Shown: positions 53,568-62,824 of the stretch, one piece after another
How the letters are laid out: each line of letters opens with the position of its first letter
Position numbering within the stretch: position 1 is the stretch's first letter
From: a virus
Strand: one strand, 5' to 3'
Length of the DNA stretch: 64,000 bases
IMG/VR virus record: IMGVR_UViG_3300032251_000001
Location: 1 to 64,000 of that record
Made by a program: the position numbers and the translations under genes
Notes under the pieces: model-generated
Told to the model about the DNA's origin: nothing
The model's input: the letters and a program-made list of their open reading frames with translations, nothing else
Database searches by the model: none

Positions 53568-55069
53568 CAAAAATAGAGAAAGGGTGTTGCAAATTGGCGT
53601 TAAAGACTATGACAAGCTGTAGAAACGGTGGTAAAGAAATATTTATTGACTTCGAAGAAATTTTTCAACGTGAAGTAGAGGATAAAGATTTATGTACATT
53701 CTCACTATCGAAGAGACGTACTTATGTAAATATAAGTAGTTCAATAAATACAACATTAAATGAGATATTCACCTCATGTAAAGATGAAATCGCAATCCCA
53801 TATCTGTCAATCAAGTATAAGATGTTAGATAGTTCAATTGAATTTGATGAGGAAGATATTATTAATGATATCTTCACAGACCTACTTAATCAAACAGTGT
53901 TGAATGAAATTGACAACTATGTAGAAACTAACTATTCAGTTAATCTTGATGGTGACAGTAATCGTTCCAAGACAGTAAATGAAGAGCTTCAGTTTACTGA
54001 TGAACATGCAAAGATTATATTAAAAGCTTCGAGAGCTATGAAACTTTTAATACCAGTAATGTCTGATTTTGTTGATATAACTGGTAACAGTAAGAGTGAT
54101 AACTTCTTCTTAGACGTATTCACTAGACTATTTGATTTATTCATTGATAGGGAGATTAATATAACTAACAAGTTGTATAAGTTAATTGATTCAAGAATAG
54201 TTCAAACGCAATACAGTGATAAAGTAATGTGGTCGTACCTTAAAAATATGGCTATTGATACTCACATATTGACTAGAAACTTTTATAAGAAAGTTATAGT
54301 TAATATATTACCAAAGCTTGAGCCTGATAAAAGTATTGTAAGTTATTTACATGCAGTAATAAAGAACTTTATTACTTATCAGTTTAGAGTTAATTACAAA
54401 TTATCTTTTAAACCTATGAATTTAAATCAAACAGATAGTGAAGGTCTTACAGACTTTGATAAACTTGAAGTTAATATGATTCGTATTGATGAAGGTAAAT
54501 CAATCATTAATAAACTATCAATAACTACTCAAATTAGAAATCTAATAGATGTCTTTGAGATGGAATTATCTCAAGATGAAATAGATTATTATAAGGAGTT
54601 TGTACACATTAATAAAGTACAGACAAACTTGTTATTCTTATTCTTTGCAAGATATATGGGTAGTTACAACACAATTTATGGTTGTTCACATGATGAGTAT
54701 ATAGTATTACTTATTATGATGAGAAAGTGGTTGATTGAGAACAACTTCCCTGTACTGGCTGAATATCTAACTGCCATACCAGAGAAATTGAATGAAAAGA
54801 AATCTATCAATAAAAATAAGTTCTTGAAGAGACTTATGGAAAGTAAGAAATATAAATACTTGTATGAAGGTAAATATAAGTTTATTCTTAGTAATCTTGT
54901 TGATAGTGGTGTAATAATTAAAACAATCTCTAATCTGAAATCTAATAAGTTCCATTGCTTACCAACCTATGAAGAATCTATAGATATGGAAGTAGTTGAA
55001 CTACATGAAATAGAAAAGAAGATAGAAGAGATATCTGATGAAGTATTAAGTTTAATAGAATTAATCTAG
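53564..55069 (+). CDS. probable sigma-like promoter-specificity subunit of the non-virion RNAP (AR9 gp226/phiKZ gp68-like); true start probably TTG 53594
   Basis: ILPKLEPDKSIVSYLHAVIKNFITYQF resembles sigma region 2.3-2.4; ~490 aa helical protein; early promoter; AAGGGTG SD before the TTG. Confidence 0.6.
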   Translation: MTKIEKGCCKLALKTMTSCRNGGKEIFIDFEEIFQREVEDKDLCTFSLSKRRTYVNISSSINTTLNEIFTSCKDEIAIPYLSIKYKMLDSSIEFDEEDIINDIFTDLLNQTVLNEIDNYVETNYSVNLDGDSNRSKTVNEELQFTDEHAKIILKASRAMKLLIPVMSDFVDITGNSKSDNFFLDVFTRLFDLFIDREINITNKLYKLIDSRIVQTQYSDKVMWSYLKNMAIDTHILTRNFYKKVIVNILPKLEPDKSIVSYLHAVIKNFITYQFRVNYKLSFKPMNLNQTDSEGLTDFDKLEVNMIRIDEGKSIINKLSITTQIRNLIDVFEMELSQDEIDYYKEFVHINKVQTNLLFLFFARYMGSYNTIYGCSHDEYIVLLIMMRKWLIENNFPVLAEYLTAIPEKLNEKKSINKNKFLKRLMESKKYKYLYEGKYKFILSNLVDSGVIIKTISNLKSNKFHCLPTYEESIDMEVVELHEIEKKIEEISDEVLSLIELI

Positions 55070-55109
55070 GAGTTTTTCTCCTAGATTTTCTTTTTTAAGG
55101 AGGAATTCA

Positions 55110-55703
55110 ATGCCAAAAATAGGTAAACGAAAAGTAACAGATGAACCTGTTAAAAAGAATGAAACTAGAAGCTTTGAAGACCAATTAGACCAAGGAAAAG
55201 AATTTGAGGAGAAACTTCTTGATATATTTAAGAAAACTTTTAAAACAGTTCAAACAGCTGATGACATCCATATGTGTAAGTTCCCAAGAAAGCTTAAAAT
55301 TAAAATTGGAGACTACGAATTTTATAAGAGTACACCTGACTTAATTATTAATGATAATGGGGAAGGAGTGTTTGTAGAGTTAAAGTCTTTCAATAGTGAA
55401 TTACTAAATGATAAGTATAAAGGTAATAGTAAAGCTATAGCCTTGAGGGAAGACCAATTAGAAGAGTATTATACTATACAGCGAAGTACAGGTTTAAATG
55501 TGTGCTTAGTAGTTATAGTAATGCAGCCTAAAATAACATTATATGGTATAACTATAGAAGATTTTCTTGAACATCATTATGAAGAATACTATTCAAACAA
55601 AAATCACAAAATTTACTTTAAAACTTTAGAGAAACATTTTATTGAATTGAAGAAAGAAAGTGAGATGGTAGATTGGATAATTCAACACTTACAAAGCAGT
55701 TAA
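55110..55703 (+). CDS. PD-(D/E)XK nuclease (RecU/resolvase-like)
   Basis: GKEFEE, TPDLII, FVELKS. Confidence 0.7.
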   Translation: MPKIGKRKVTDEPVKKNETRSFEDQLDQGKEFEEKLLDIFKKTFKTVQTADDIHMCKFPRKLKIKIGDYEFYKSTPDLIINDNGEGVFVELKSFNSELLNDKYKGNSKAIALREDQLEEYYTIQRSTGLNVCLVVIVMQPKITLYGITIEDFLEHHYEEYYSNKNHKIYFKTLEKHFIELKKESEMVDWIIQHLQSS

Positions 55704-56707
55704 CAACAGAAATAGAAACTCATATATATCCTTATTACTATAACACTGCAAAGACTGAAATTAGTATAAGATGTCCTTATTGTGGTGATAGTTTAAAGAG
55801 TAGTAAGTCAGCTCATTTATATATTGAACTTCGAAATGAAGACATGCATAGGTGGTATTGTCAAAGATGTAGTGAAGGTGGGATAGTTACACCTAACTTT
55901 TTAAAGGATATTAAGATACACAACAGTGATTTAACATTGAACTTCTTTACACAAAACTCTAAGATTAAATATACTAAGGGTAAGAAGAAAAGTATGACAA
56001 TGTTTGCAAAAAAAGAATTAACATTTCCACAATTGAAATCGACTGATAAAGTCGTAAAACATTTATTATATCTGAATGATAGAATAGGAGTTCCTATAAG
56101 TGAAAAGGAAGCTAGGGAGAAGTATCGAGTAATACTAAGTTTCAAGGATTTTATTTTACACAATGATATTTCTACTTTTACAGTTGACAAGAAAATGTTG
56201 AGACTTATCGATAGACATTGTATAGGATTTTTATCTTATGACCAGTCACATATTGTGTTCAGAAGTCTTGACCCTAAGAAAACTTATTTTAGATATCACA
56301 TTTATAATGTATTCGGAAACTATAATGATACAAAGAGATTCTACTCAATCAATTCAGATATTGATGTGCTTAAATTGAAACTTAATGTAGTTATAGCTGA
56401 AGGTACATTTGATATTATAGGTGTATATGAACATTTCTACAAAGGTACTGAACTAGATAATCACTTATTCCTGTCAGTTAATGGTAAAGGATATAATCTA
56501 ATATTTCTACATTTAGCAAGATTAGGATTTTTAGATATGAATATAGAAATATATTCTGATAAGGATGTTAATTTAAATTTCTATAAGAATATGAAAAAAT
56601 ATAGTGATATACTAAAGAACATGAAAGTTAAAATTTACTACAATAAAATAGGTAAAGACTATGGTGTTACTAGAGAAGAGATAGATTTAAAATATTCAAT
56701 TATCTAG
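55673..56707 (+). CDS. DNA primase (Zn-binding domain plus TOPRIM)
   Basis: CPYCGDS...WYCQRC; IAEGTFD and YSDKD TOPRIM motifs. Confidence 0.85.
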   Translation: MDNSTLTKQLTTEIETHIYPYYYNTAKTEISIRCPYCGDSLKSSKSAHLYIELRNEDMHRWYCQRCSEGGIVTPNFLKDIKIHNSDLTLNFFTQNSKIKYTKGKKKSMTMFAKKELTFPQLKSTDKVVKHLLYLNDRIGVPISEKEAREKYRVILSFKDFILHNDISTFTVDKKMLRLIDRHCIGFLSYDQSHIVFRSLDPKKTYFRYHIYNVFGNYNDTKRFYSINSDIDVLKLKLNVVIAEGTFDIIGVYEHFYKGTELDNHLFLSVNGKGYNLIFLHLARLGFLDMNIEIYSDKDVNLNFYKNMKKYSDILKNMKVKIYYNKIGKDYGVTREEIDLKYSII

Positions 56708-56743
56708 TAAGACCTTTGGTCTTTTTTTTTTTTAGGAGGATAT

Positions 56744-57238
56744 ATGACTACTATACTTGAGTTTATATTTGTGGAACATACAAATGAACTGATATACTTA
56801 TTACTAGTTGCATTTATGTCACTAGTATATACTAAAAGATTTAAAAATAAAACTTTAAAGATGATGAAGAACAATCAATCAACTTTAATTGCTAACAACA
56901 CTAAGCTTAATTTTGATAAAGATATTGAATTCTTATTGTATCTAATATCATACAAGTGTGAACATACAAAAAAATTTATGCTTGATGCAAAAAATGTTAC
57001 TAGTACTTCAATACTTAATGATGGTGACTTATCTAATAATGTAGATTTAGTTGTTATTAATGTAACCAAAATGATTAACAATAACTATAGAATTATATTA
57101 TATAGATATTTTACCCCAGAAGGACTAGTTGAATTTATAACTGAAAACGTACTATATACTTTAACATCAGATATTGTTAAATTAAATCATCATAAAATAT
57201 CTAAACTTCATACTACAGTAAAGACCGAAAAAAAATAA
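56744..57238 (+). CDS. hypothetical membrane-anchored protein
   Basis: GGAGG RBS; N-terminal hydrophobic helix LIYLLLVAFMSLVY. Confidence 0.7.
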   Translation: MTTILEFIFVEHTNELIYLLLVAFMSLVYTKRFKNKTLKMMKNNQSTLIANNTKLNFDKDIEFLLYLISYKCEHTKKFMLDAKNVTSTSILNDGDLSNNVDLVVINVTKMINNNYRIILYRYFTPEGLVEFITENVLYTLTSDIVKLNHHKISKLHTTVKTEKK

Positions 57239-57242
57239 GAAT

Positions 57243-57277
57243 AGCTAACCCATATAACGTGGGTTAGCTTTTTATTT
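57243..57277. terminator. bidirectional terminator
   Basis: AGCTAACCCA-TATAACG-TGGGTTAGCT between convergent genes. Confidence 0.85.
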
Positions 57278-58199
57278 ATGCTTTGAAAGAATTGATAATG
57301 TCATTAATAATAACTTTAATCTCATCTTCAGTCTTACCTTCTTTAATAGCTTTGTTCTTAGCTTTGGTAATCTTTGTTTTTTGAGCTTTTGTGAAAGCAT
57401 CAGCCATGTCAGTATTAGGTGTTTCTTTAACATCAGTAGACTCACCATCAAAAGATTCAGTTTTTTTACTTAATTCTTCTTTTAAAAATTCTTCAATGAA
57501 TGGTTTAACAATACTTAATTCACCAAAGTCTACAGATGCTAACTGTTCAAGTGAATTGAACATACCAGATTCTTTAAGTGGTAAAAGAACATTGTTTAAG
57601 ATTGATGTTAGAGCAGGTTTAACGAATTCAAGTTCACCAAAGTTCTTAGAATTGATTTCATTGATAATTTCATCAAGTAAATCTTCTTTAGATTCTTGCT
57701 CTTCTTGTTCTTCTTTTTCTAAACCTAAGTATTGATTGATTGCTTTGACAACATTTTTATTTGCCCAATCAATATCTTCTTTAGAGAAGTTCTTTCCATA
57801 AAGTTCCATCATCTCATTGTAAGTACAATGTTTAGCAACTAATGCAACTAAAAACCTACTGTCTGTGAAAGTACGACTTTTAATTACTTCAACAAATTGT
57901 TCTTCACTTAGAATACCAACTGGTCTTTTTGATACTTCCCTAACACTTTCATTTTCTAGAATGAGTGTTGAAACTACTTTTTTATTAGGAACAAACTTAA
58001 TGAACTTTTCTGATGTTGGGACTGAAGAAGTTCTTTCTAAATCTTTTGAACTGATAGTCTTATGCATCTTGTTTCCTAATACTCTTGAACATTTTCCCAT
58101 ACCTGTAAAGCTGTTGTACCCGATAATTTCATGAATTCCGTTTAACATAATATTGTCCTCCTTAAGAACTGTTAGTTTACAATGAACGATATTGTCCAT
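57276..58199 (-). CDS. hypothetical early protein
   Basis: 307 aa; early-type motif 58218-58234 upstream; the start could be 58132 (GGAGG). Confidence 0.7.
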   Translation of the reverse strand: MDNIVHCKLTVLKEDNIMLNGIHEIIGYNSFTGMGKCSRVLGNKMHKTISSKDLERTSSVPTSEKFIKFVPNKKVVSTLILENESVREVSKRPVGILSEEQFVEVIKSRTFTDSRFLVALVAKHCTYNEMMELYGKNFSKEDIDWANKNVVKAINQYLGLEKEEQEEQESKEDLLDEIINEINSKNFGELEFVKPALTSILNNVLLPLKESGMFNSLEQLASVDFGELSIVKPFIEEFLKEELSKKTESFDGESTDVKETPNTDMADAFTKAQKTKITKAKNKAIKEGKTEDEIKVIINDIINSFKA

Positions 58200-58217
58200 T
58201 GCTTTAATTTATTATTA

Positions 58218-58234
58218 TCAAGATTATAATATAT
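58218..58234 (-). promoter_or_regulatory. early-type promoter (N6 spacing variant)
   Basis: minus strand TATATTAT AATTCT TGA. Confidence 0.55.
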
Positions 58235-58266
58235 GATTAAACTATACATTATTACGTTTTTTTAGA

Positions 58267-58278
58267 AACAATAAATTA
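58267..58278 (+). promoter_or_regulatory. late-type promoter AACA-N6-TA
   Basis: AACA ATAAAT TA. Confidence 0.6.
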
Positions 58279-58285
58279 ATATAAT

Positions 58286-58993
58286 ATGAAAGAAGGTGAG
58301 TATATGAAAATGCCAAAAGTTATTCCTTCTGACGGGAACATAGACTTTTCTATCAAAAATAAAGATATTGGTGAACTAGTTCCTAGACAGTTTGGATTTA
58401 CAGAGGTAAGTGATTCAAAAGCTTTTAACAAGTTTATTAAAGAAATTGAGAAGTTTGTAAGAGGTAGTGTTGAGTATAGAGGATATATTGGTTATCTTAA
58501 AGAAGAACTAGATATAACTACATGTACTTTTTTACCTAATGTAGATATTAGTGAAATTAAAGGAGTAGGTATTGAATTTCATCATTACCCATTTACTCTA
58601 TATGATATATGTTCGACTGTAGTTATGAAACGTGCAAATATGGGTGAACATTGCTTAAGTGCTTTTGTTATAGCTGATGAAGTTATGAAATTACATTATG
58701 AGAACAAAGTGGGATTAGTTCCGTTGTCTCAAACAGTTCATGAATTAGCACATAGTGGTGAAGTATTTATTAGTATCGATAAAGTCTTTGGTGATATTAA
58801 ATCATTCGTCCAAGAATATAAAAATGGTATTGAAGATGAATTAAAAACTCAATTAAAACATCTTATCACTTTAAGTAAAAAGACTGCTGAAGATTACAGA
58901 CCTGAAGTTCTTGAAAAGAAAGCAACATATCTAGAAATGGATAATATTGATAATGTAGTTAAAAGAAAAGTTAGAAAAATTAAGTTAGCATAG
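58286..58993 (+). CDS. HNH-like protein (start probably 58304)
   Basis: C..., IEFHH, LVPLSQTVHELAH pattern of a betabetaalpha-Me fold. Confidence 0.5.
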   Translation: MKEGEYMKMPKVIPSDGNIDFSIKNKDIGELVPRQFGFTEVSDSKAFNKFIKEIEKFVRGSVEYRGYIGYLKEELDITTCTFLPNVDISEIKGVGIEFHHYPFTLYDICSTVVMKRANMGEHCLSAFVIADEVMKLHYENKVGLVPLSQTVHELAHSGEVFISIDKVFGDIKSFVQEYKNGIEDELKTQLKHLITLSKKTAEDYRPEVLEKKATYLEMDNIDNVVKRKVRKIKLA

Positions 58994-59030
58994 GAGTTAA
59001 TACCGAAAGGTATTAACTCTATTTCTATTT
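58994..59030 (+). terminator. intrinsic terminator with GAAA loop
   Basis: GAGTTAATACC-GAAA-GGTATTAACTC plus T-rich tail. Confidence 0.85.
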
Positions 59031-59037
59031 ATAAATA

Positions 59038-59053
59038 TATATTATAGTATTGA
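59038..59053 (+). promoter_or_regulatory. early-type promoter TATATTAT-N5-TGA
   Basis: TATATTAT AGTAT TGA. Confidence 0.7.
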
Positions 59054-59071
59054 GATTAATGGTTAAAATAT

Positions 59072-59863
59072 GTGAATAACATTATTATAGGAGGATTTAA
59101 TATGGAAAAAATGGTAGAAGGTCTAGTAGTAGTTAAAGCAGCACCTATTAACTACATAGAAGAAATGGGTATTCCTTATAAGAAGAAAACTATCAATTAT
59201 AAGGTAAAGTATGATGATGGTAAGTTAAAAGACATTCAATATGAAGGTTGTTTAATTACTAAAGAACAAGCATTACATTTAGATGTATGTGGATACGTTC
59301 ATCATACAGATTTAAAGTTGAAAAAGATTGAAGAGAGAATTATTCTTTATTCAGATGGTGGTTCATTTAATAATGGTAATAAAAATCCAGACTTACCTAC
59401 ATTTGGAAGTTATGCTTCATTTATAACAATGGATGGTGAGCTCATTCATGAAGAACCTATAGTTGGTGGTGAAGAAGAATGGACTAATAATATAGGCGAG
59501 CTAACAGGTGCTATTAAAGCATTAGATACGTTATTTGAGTACTTCGATATTGAAAAAGGTACTGAAATAACTCTTATAACTGATAGTCAATATGTTACTA
59601 AAGGTATTTCTGAATACATGCATGGTTGGAAGAAAAACAAATGGAAAAACAATCAAAAGAAAGTTGTAGCTAATCTTGAATTATGGAAATATTTAGATAG
59701 TCATTATTTAGGTAGAGACGATGAATTTAATCTTAGAGTTCAATGGACTAGAGGGCATACTGATGGAAGTGATATTCATAGTAAGTTCAATCAAATGTGT
59801 GATGATGGTTGTGGTGAAGTTATTAATGAATGGTTAGAGTCTAAAGGACTACCAACAAGATAG
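59072..59863 (+). CDS. rnhA: ribonuclease HI with N-terminal extension (start probably 59102)
   Basis: YSDGGS, TNNIGELTGA, TDSQYV, WKKNKWK, VANLELW, WTRGH, NQMCD. Confidence 0.92.
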   Translation: MNNIIIGGFNMEKMVEGLVVVKAAPINYIEEMGIPYKKKTINYKVKYDDGKLKDIQYEGCLITKEQALHLDVCGYVHHTDLKLKKIEERIILYSDGGSFNNGNKNPDLPTFGSYASFITMDGELIHEEPIVGGEEEWTNNIGELTGAIKALDTLFEYFDIEKGTEITLITDSQYVTKGISEYMHGWKKNKWKNNQKKVVANLELWKYLDSHYLGRDDEFNLRVQWTRGHTDGSDIHSKFNQMCDDGCGEVINEWLESKGLPTR

Positions 59864-59872
59864 GAGGTAATT

Positions 59873-60589
59873 ATGAAATCAAACTGGCAAGAGTTAGTAG
59901 CTTATGAAATTCCTTTATCATTAGAAGAAATTTCTGAAGAGATTGAGAGTAATAAAAGTGAAATAGGTCATATAACTTATGAACTTAAACATGGTAAGAA
60001 AACAAGTAATATAGTGCAAGAAAGAAAAGAAGCAAGAATTGAAACATTAATTGAAGAGATAAGTTCTTTAAATGAATTAACTATAAAAACTGAAAGAAAG
60101 ATTGTAGTTTTATGTGGTCCACCAGATATTGGTAAGTCTAGCTTAGAAGAAAAACTTATTGAAGAAAGATATGGTGAGATTCATAAATTACCTCAATTAA
60201 CAACTAGAAAACAAAAAACATTATCTGATAACAAGTATTTGTTTATAGAAGACCATACCTTTGAAACTTTAATTCAGAAAGATGCACTTATTGGTGTTGC
60301 ATATGATTCATCTGCTAAATATGGAACTATACCAGATTTCAAAAACAATTGTATTAATACTGTTATATTATCTCATAGAGGACTTCAACATTTATTTGAT
60401 AGTATGGCTGATGGCGATTTAATTGCAACTGTGGTAGTTCTAGGTATAACTAACAGTTCAAAGGATTATGATGATGGAGAGATTTTAGCATTCTCTAATT
60501 ATATTTATGATATGGATGCTAATGAAGATTCATCACTTCCATCAATTAATGGCATTATGGAACTATTAAGAGAAATTAGATTTATTTAA
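59873..60589 (+). CDS. guanylate kinase-like nucleoside monophosphate kinase with N-terminal coiled coil
   Basis: P-loop GPPDIGKS, LTTR, YGT motifs. Confidence 0.7.
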   Translation: MKSNWQELVAYEIPLSLEEISEEIESNKSEIGHITYELKHGKKTSNIVQERKEARIETLIEEISSLNELTIKTERKIVVLCGPPDIGKSSLEEKLIEERYGEIHKLPQLTTRKQKTLSDNKYLFIEDHTFETLIQKDALIGVAYDSSAKYGTIPDFKNNCINTVILSHRGLQHLFDSMADGDLIATVVVLGITNSSKDYDDGEILAFSNYIYDMDANEDSSLPSINGIMELLREIRFI

Positions 60590-60602
60590 GAGTGAGTATG
60601 CA

Positions 60603-61442
60603 ATGCCACTCAAGAGGAGAAACTTTATGAAAATGAATATGCTGAAAGTTGTATTAGTAGTATTGTTTGCATTATTTGTTATGAATAGCGTGGTTATTGT
60701 GTACTTAGCTTTACAATTTAAATCAGATATCAGAGTTGCAGAATATGTACATGATATGGAAACATCTGAACATGATGAACGAATAACTGCAATATTAAGT
60801 AATATTGAAGAACATGAGAAAGACTTTGATAGACAATTTGAAGAAACTAAAAAAGAATTGCAAGATATTGAATTTAAAATAGAAGAACTTAGAAGAGGAT
60901 ATGAATTGATATATGATACTAAAGGTAGATTATTCTTAGAACATGTTGATGATGATAAAATTATAGAATTAACTAATATAACTACATCTTTTAATGTACT
61001 TCAACCTTCGTCTATTACAGCATATGAATTAGATATGATACTTGAAGGTTCTGGTCTTGAAGGGTTAGGGAAAGAATATATTGCAGTTGAAATGAACTAT
61101 GGCATCAATGCATTGTTTATGGTGTGTAAGGATATACATGAATCAAGTTGGGGTAATTCAGATTTAGCTAAATATAAAGATAATATATCTGGTTATAAAG
61201 CATATGACCATGACCCATATAATAGTGCAACTGACTTTACAGATATTGGTGGGAAACCTGCATGTATAAGAACTGTTGCAAACTCATTATTAAAAAATTA
61301 CTTAACTGAAGGTGGAGATTATCATTATGGATATACCATACAAAGTATAAATAGAAGCTATGCATCAGATAATAATTGGGGTAATTCCATAGCTAGATTA
61401 ATGAGAGATTTAAATGAAAAAATTATAGAATCAACAAATTGA
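60603..61442 (+). CDS. membrane-anchored GH73 glucosaminidase
   Basis: N-terminal TM, coiled coil, YGINALF...HESSWG catalytic Glu, YASD motif. Confidence 0.85.
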   Translation: MPLKRRNFMKMNMLKVVLVVLFALFVMNSVVIVYLALQFKSDIRVAEYVHDMETSEHDERITAILSNIEEHEKDFDRQFEETKKELQDIEFKIEELRRGYELIYDTKGRLFLEHVDDDKIIELTNITTSFNVLQPSSITAYELDMILEGSGLEGLGKEYIAVEMNYGINALFMVCKDIHESSWGNSDLAKYKDNISGYKAYDHDPYNSATDFTDIGGKPACIRTVANSLLKNYLTEGGDYHYGYTIQSINRSYASDNNWGNSIARLMRDLNEKIIESTN

Positions 61443-61469
61443 TAATGTTAAAAGTATTGGAGGTATTTA

Positions 61470-62246
61470 ATGACATTTAATTTTGAGAAACATAATTATT
61501 TGAACACATCTATATTGAATCTTAAAAATGTTGTTATACGAGAGTACGATATGAGTGATGGAGGCTTTTCAATAATTAAGGCTAAGCAACTATTACCAGA
61601 GAGTACTATAAAGTACTTATCAAACTTATCTAAACTTGATAGACATATTCAGATAGGTAAAATATCCAAACATGATAAAGACTTATCAAAAGCTTTACTT
61701 GATGGATTTACTGAAGCTAGAAAAAAATTTATAGATAAGAATAACATAGATACAAGCATCATTTTAAGTGTTAAGAAGGATGCAATATATCTAGTAAATA
61801 AATTAGCTAAAGTAACTGAATTTGATGGAATTAAATTTAGTCTAAAGAATCAATATTCATCTTATTATTATATCAATGGTAAAGAGTTTTATTACTCATC
61901 ATGGAGAAATGAACTAGATGTAAAAGGACTAGGTAAAGAAGTAGTAGCATCTCAAAAGGATTACTTACTCTATACAATTAAAGAGATAATGCGTCTAAAT
62001 GAGAAGAAAGATAAATGTTATATGGTTAAAATACTTAAGGATGTTCGCAAAGAATATTTAAATCTTGAATTGGACTTTGAATACTACAGAGAAATGAATC
62101 CAGAAAATTCTTTTAAACTTAAGGAATCTATAGGTGAAAATATCTGTGGCTTAGAAAGTCTTAAAGATGGAAGAATACTTGATGATATCAATATAGTATT
62201 TAACTATATTAACTATATAATACCGTTAATCGGTTTAATAATCTAG
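61470..62246 (+). CDS. divergent family B DNA polymerase palm-like fragment
   Basis: EYDMSDGGFSII (motif A-like), LSVKKDAIY (motif C-like), LDVKGLG. Confidence 0.45.
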   Translation: MTFNFEKHNYLNTSILNLKNVVIREYDMSDGGFSIIKAKQLLPESTIKYLSNLSKLDRHIQIGKISKHDKDLSKALLDGFTEARKKFIDKNNIDTSIILSVKKDAIYLVNKLAKVTEFDGIKFSLKNQYSSYYYINGKEFYYSSWRNELDVKGLGKEVVASQKDYLLYTIKEIMRLNEKKDKCYMVKILKDVRKEYLNLELDFEYYREMNPENSFKLKESIGENICGLESLKDGRILDDINIVFNYINYIIPLIGLII

Positions 62247-62259
62247 GAGGATTAAGACA

Positions 62260-62700
62260 ATGGCTAAAAAGGTAATTGATTTACAAGAAAAGAAACAAGA
62301 GAATGAAACAGTAGAATTAAATGAGCAAATGTCTCCAGAGCAAGCACAAGCTGCTTTCTTAGCAGAGTTAAAGCAATTTGAAGGAACTGAAGTTCCTAAG
62401 TTATCTTTAACTACACCAGAAGGACACAAGGTAGTATTTGTTAACCCAGATGAAGCAATCATTTATGGTTCAGAATATCAAAAGCAAAATCCAGAAGTAA
62501 TTGGGTTTACTCTTGAAAGTATCTTCTCTGTTCATACAGGTATGGCAATTACTATCAATCCAATCATTAGAGATAATGAAGAACAGGCATTAGATTTTGT
62601 TAAGCCAGAATTATTAAAAATCATCTTTGCTCAAACAATGCAAGCAAAAGAAATGATTGAAAATGGTTTAGCCAACTTAACAAAAGGTCAACCACAATAA
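62260..62700 (+). CDS. hypothetical protein
   Basis: GGAGG RBS. Confidence 0.8.
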   Translation: MAKKVIDLQEKKQENETVELNEQMSPEQAQAAFLAELKQFEGTEVPKLSLTTPEGHKVVFVNPDEAIIYGSEYQKQNPEVIGFTLESIFSVHTGMAITINPIIRDNEEQALDFVKPELLKIIFAQTMQAKEMIENGLANLTKGQPQ

Positions 62701-62710
62701 TATAAAATTA

Positions 62711-62745
62711 AAGTATAACCTTCATTGGTTATACTTTTTTTGTTT
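62711..62745 (+). terminator. intrinsic terminator
   Basis: AAGTATAACC-TTCATT-GGTTATACTT plus T-run. Confidence 0.85.
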
Positions 62746-62769
62746 TCGTAACTAAGTTTATTTCAATTA

Positions 62770-62785
62770 TATATTATAATTTTGA
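62770..62785 (+). promoter_or_regulatory. early-type promoter TATATTAT-N5-TGA
   Basis: TATATTAT AATTT TGA. Confidence 0.7.
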
Positions 62786-62824
62786 TAACATAATCTAAAC
62801 TATTTTTATTGGAGGGCTTAAACA

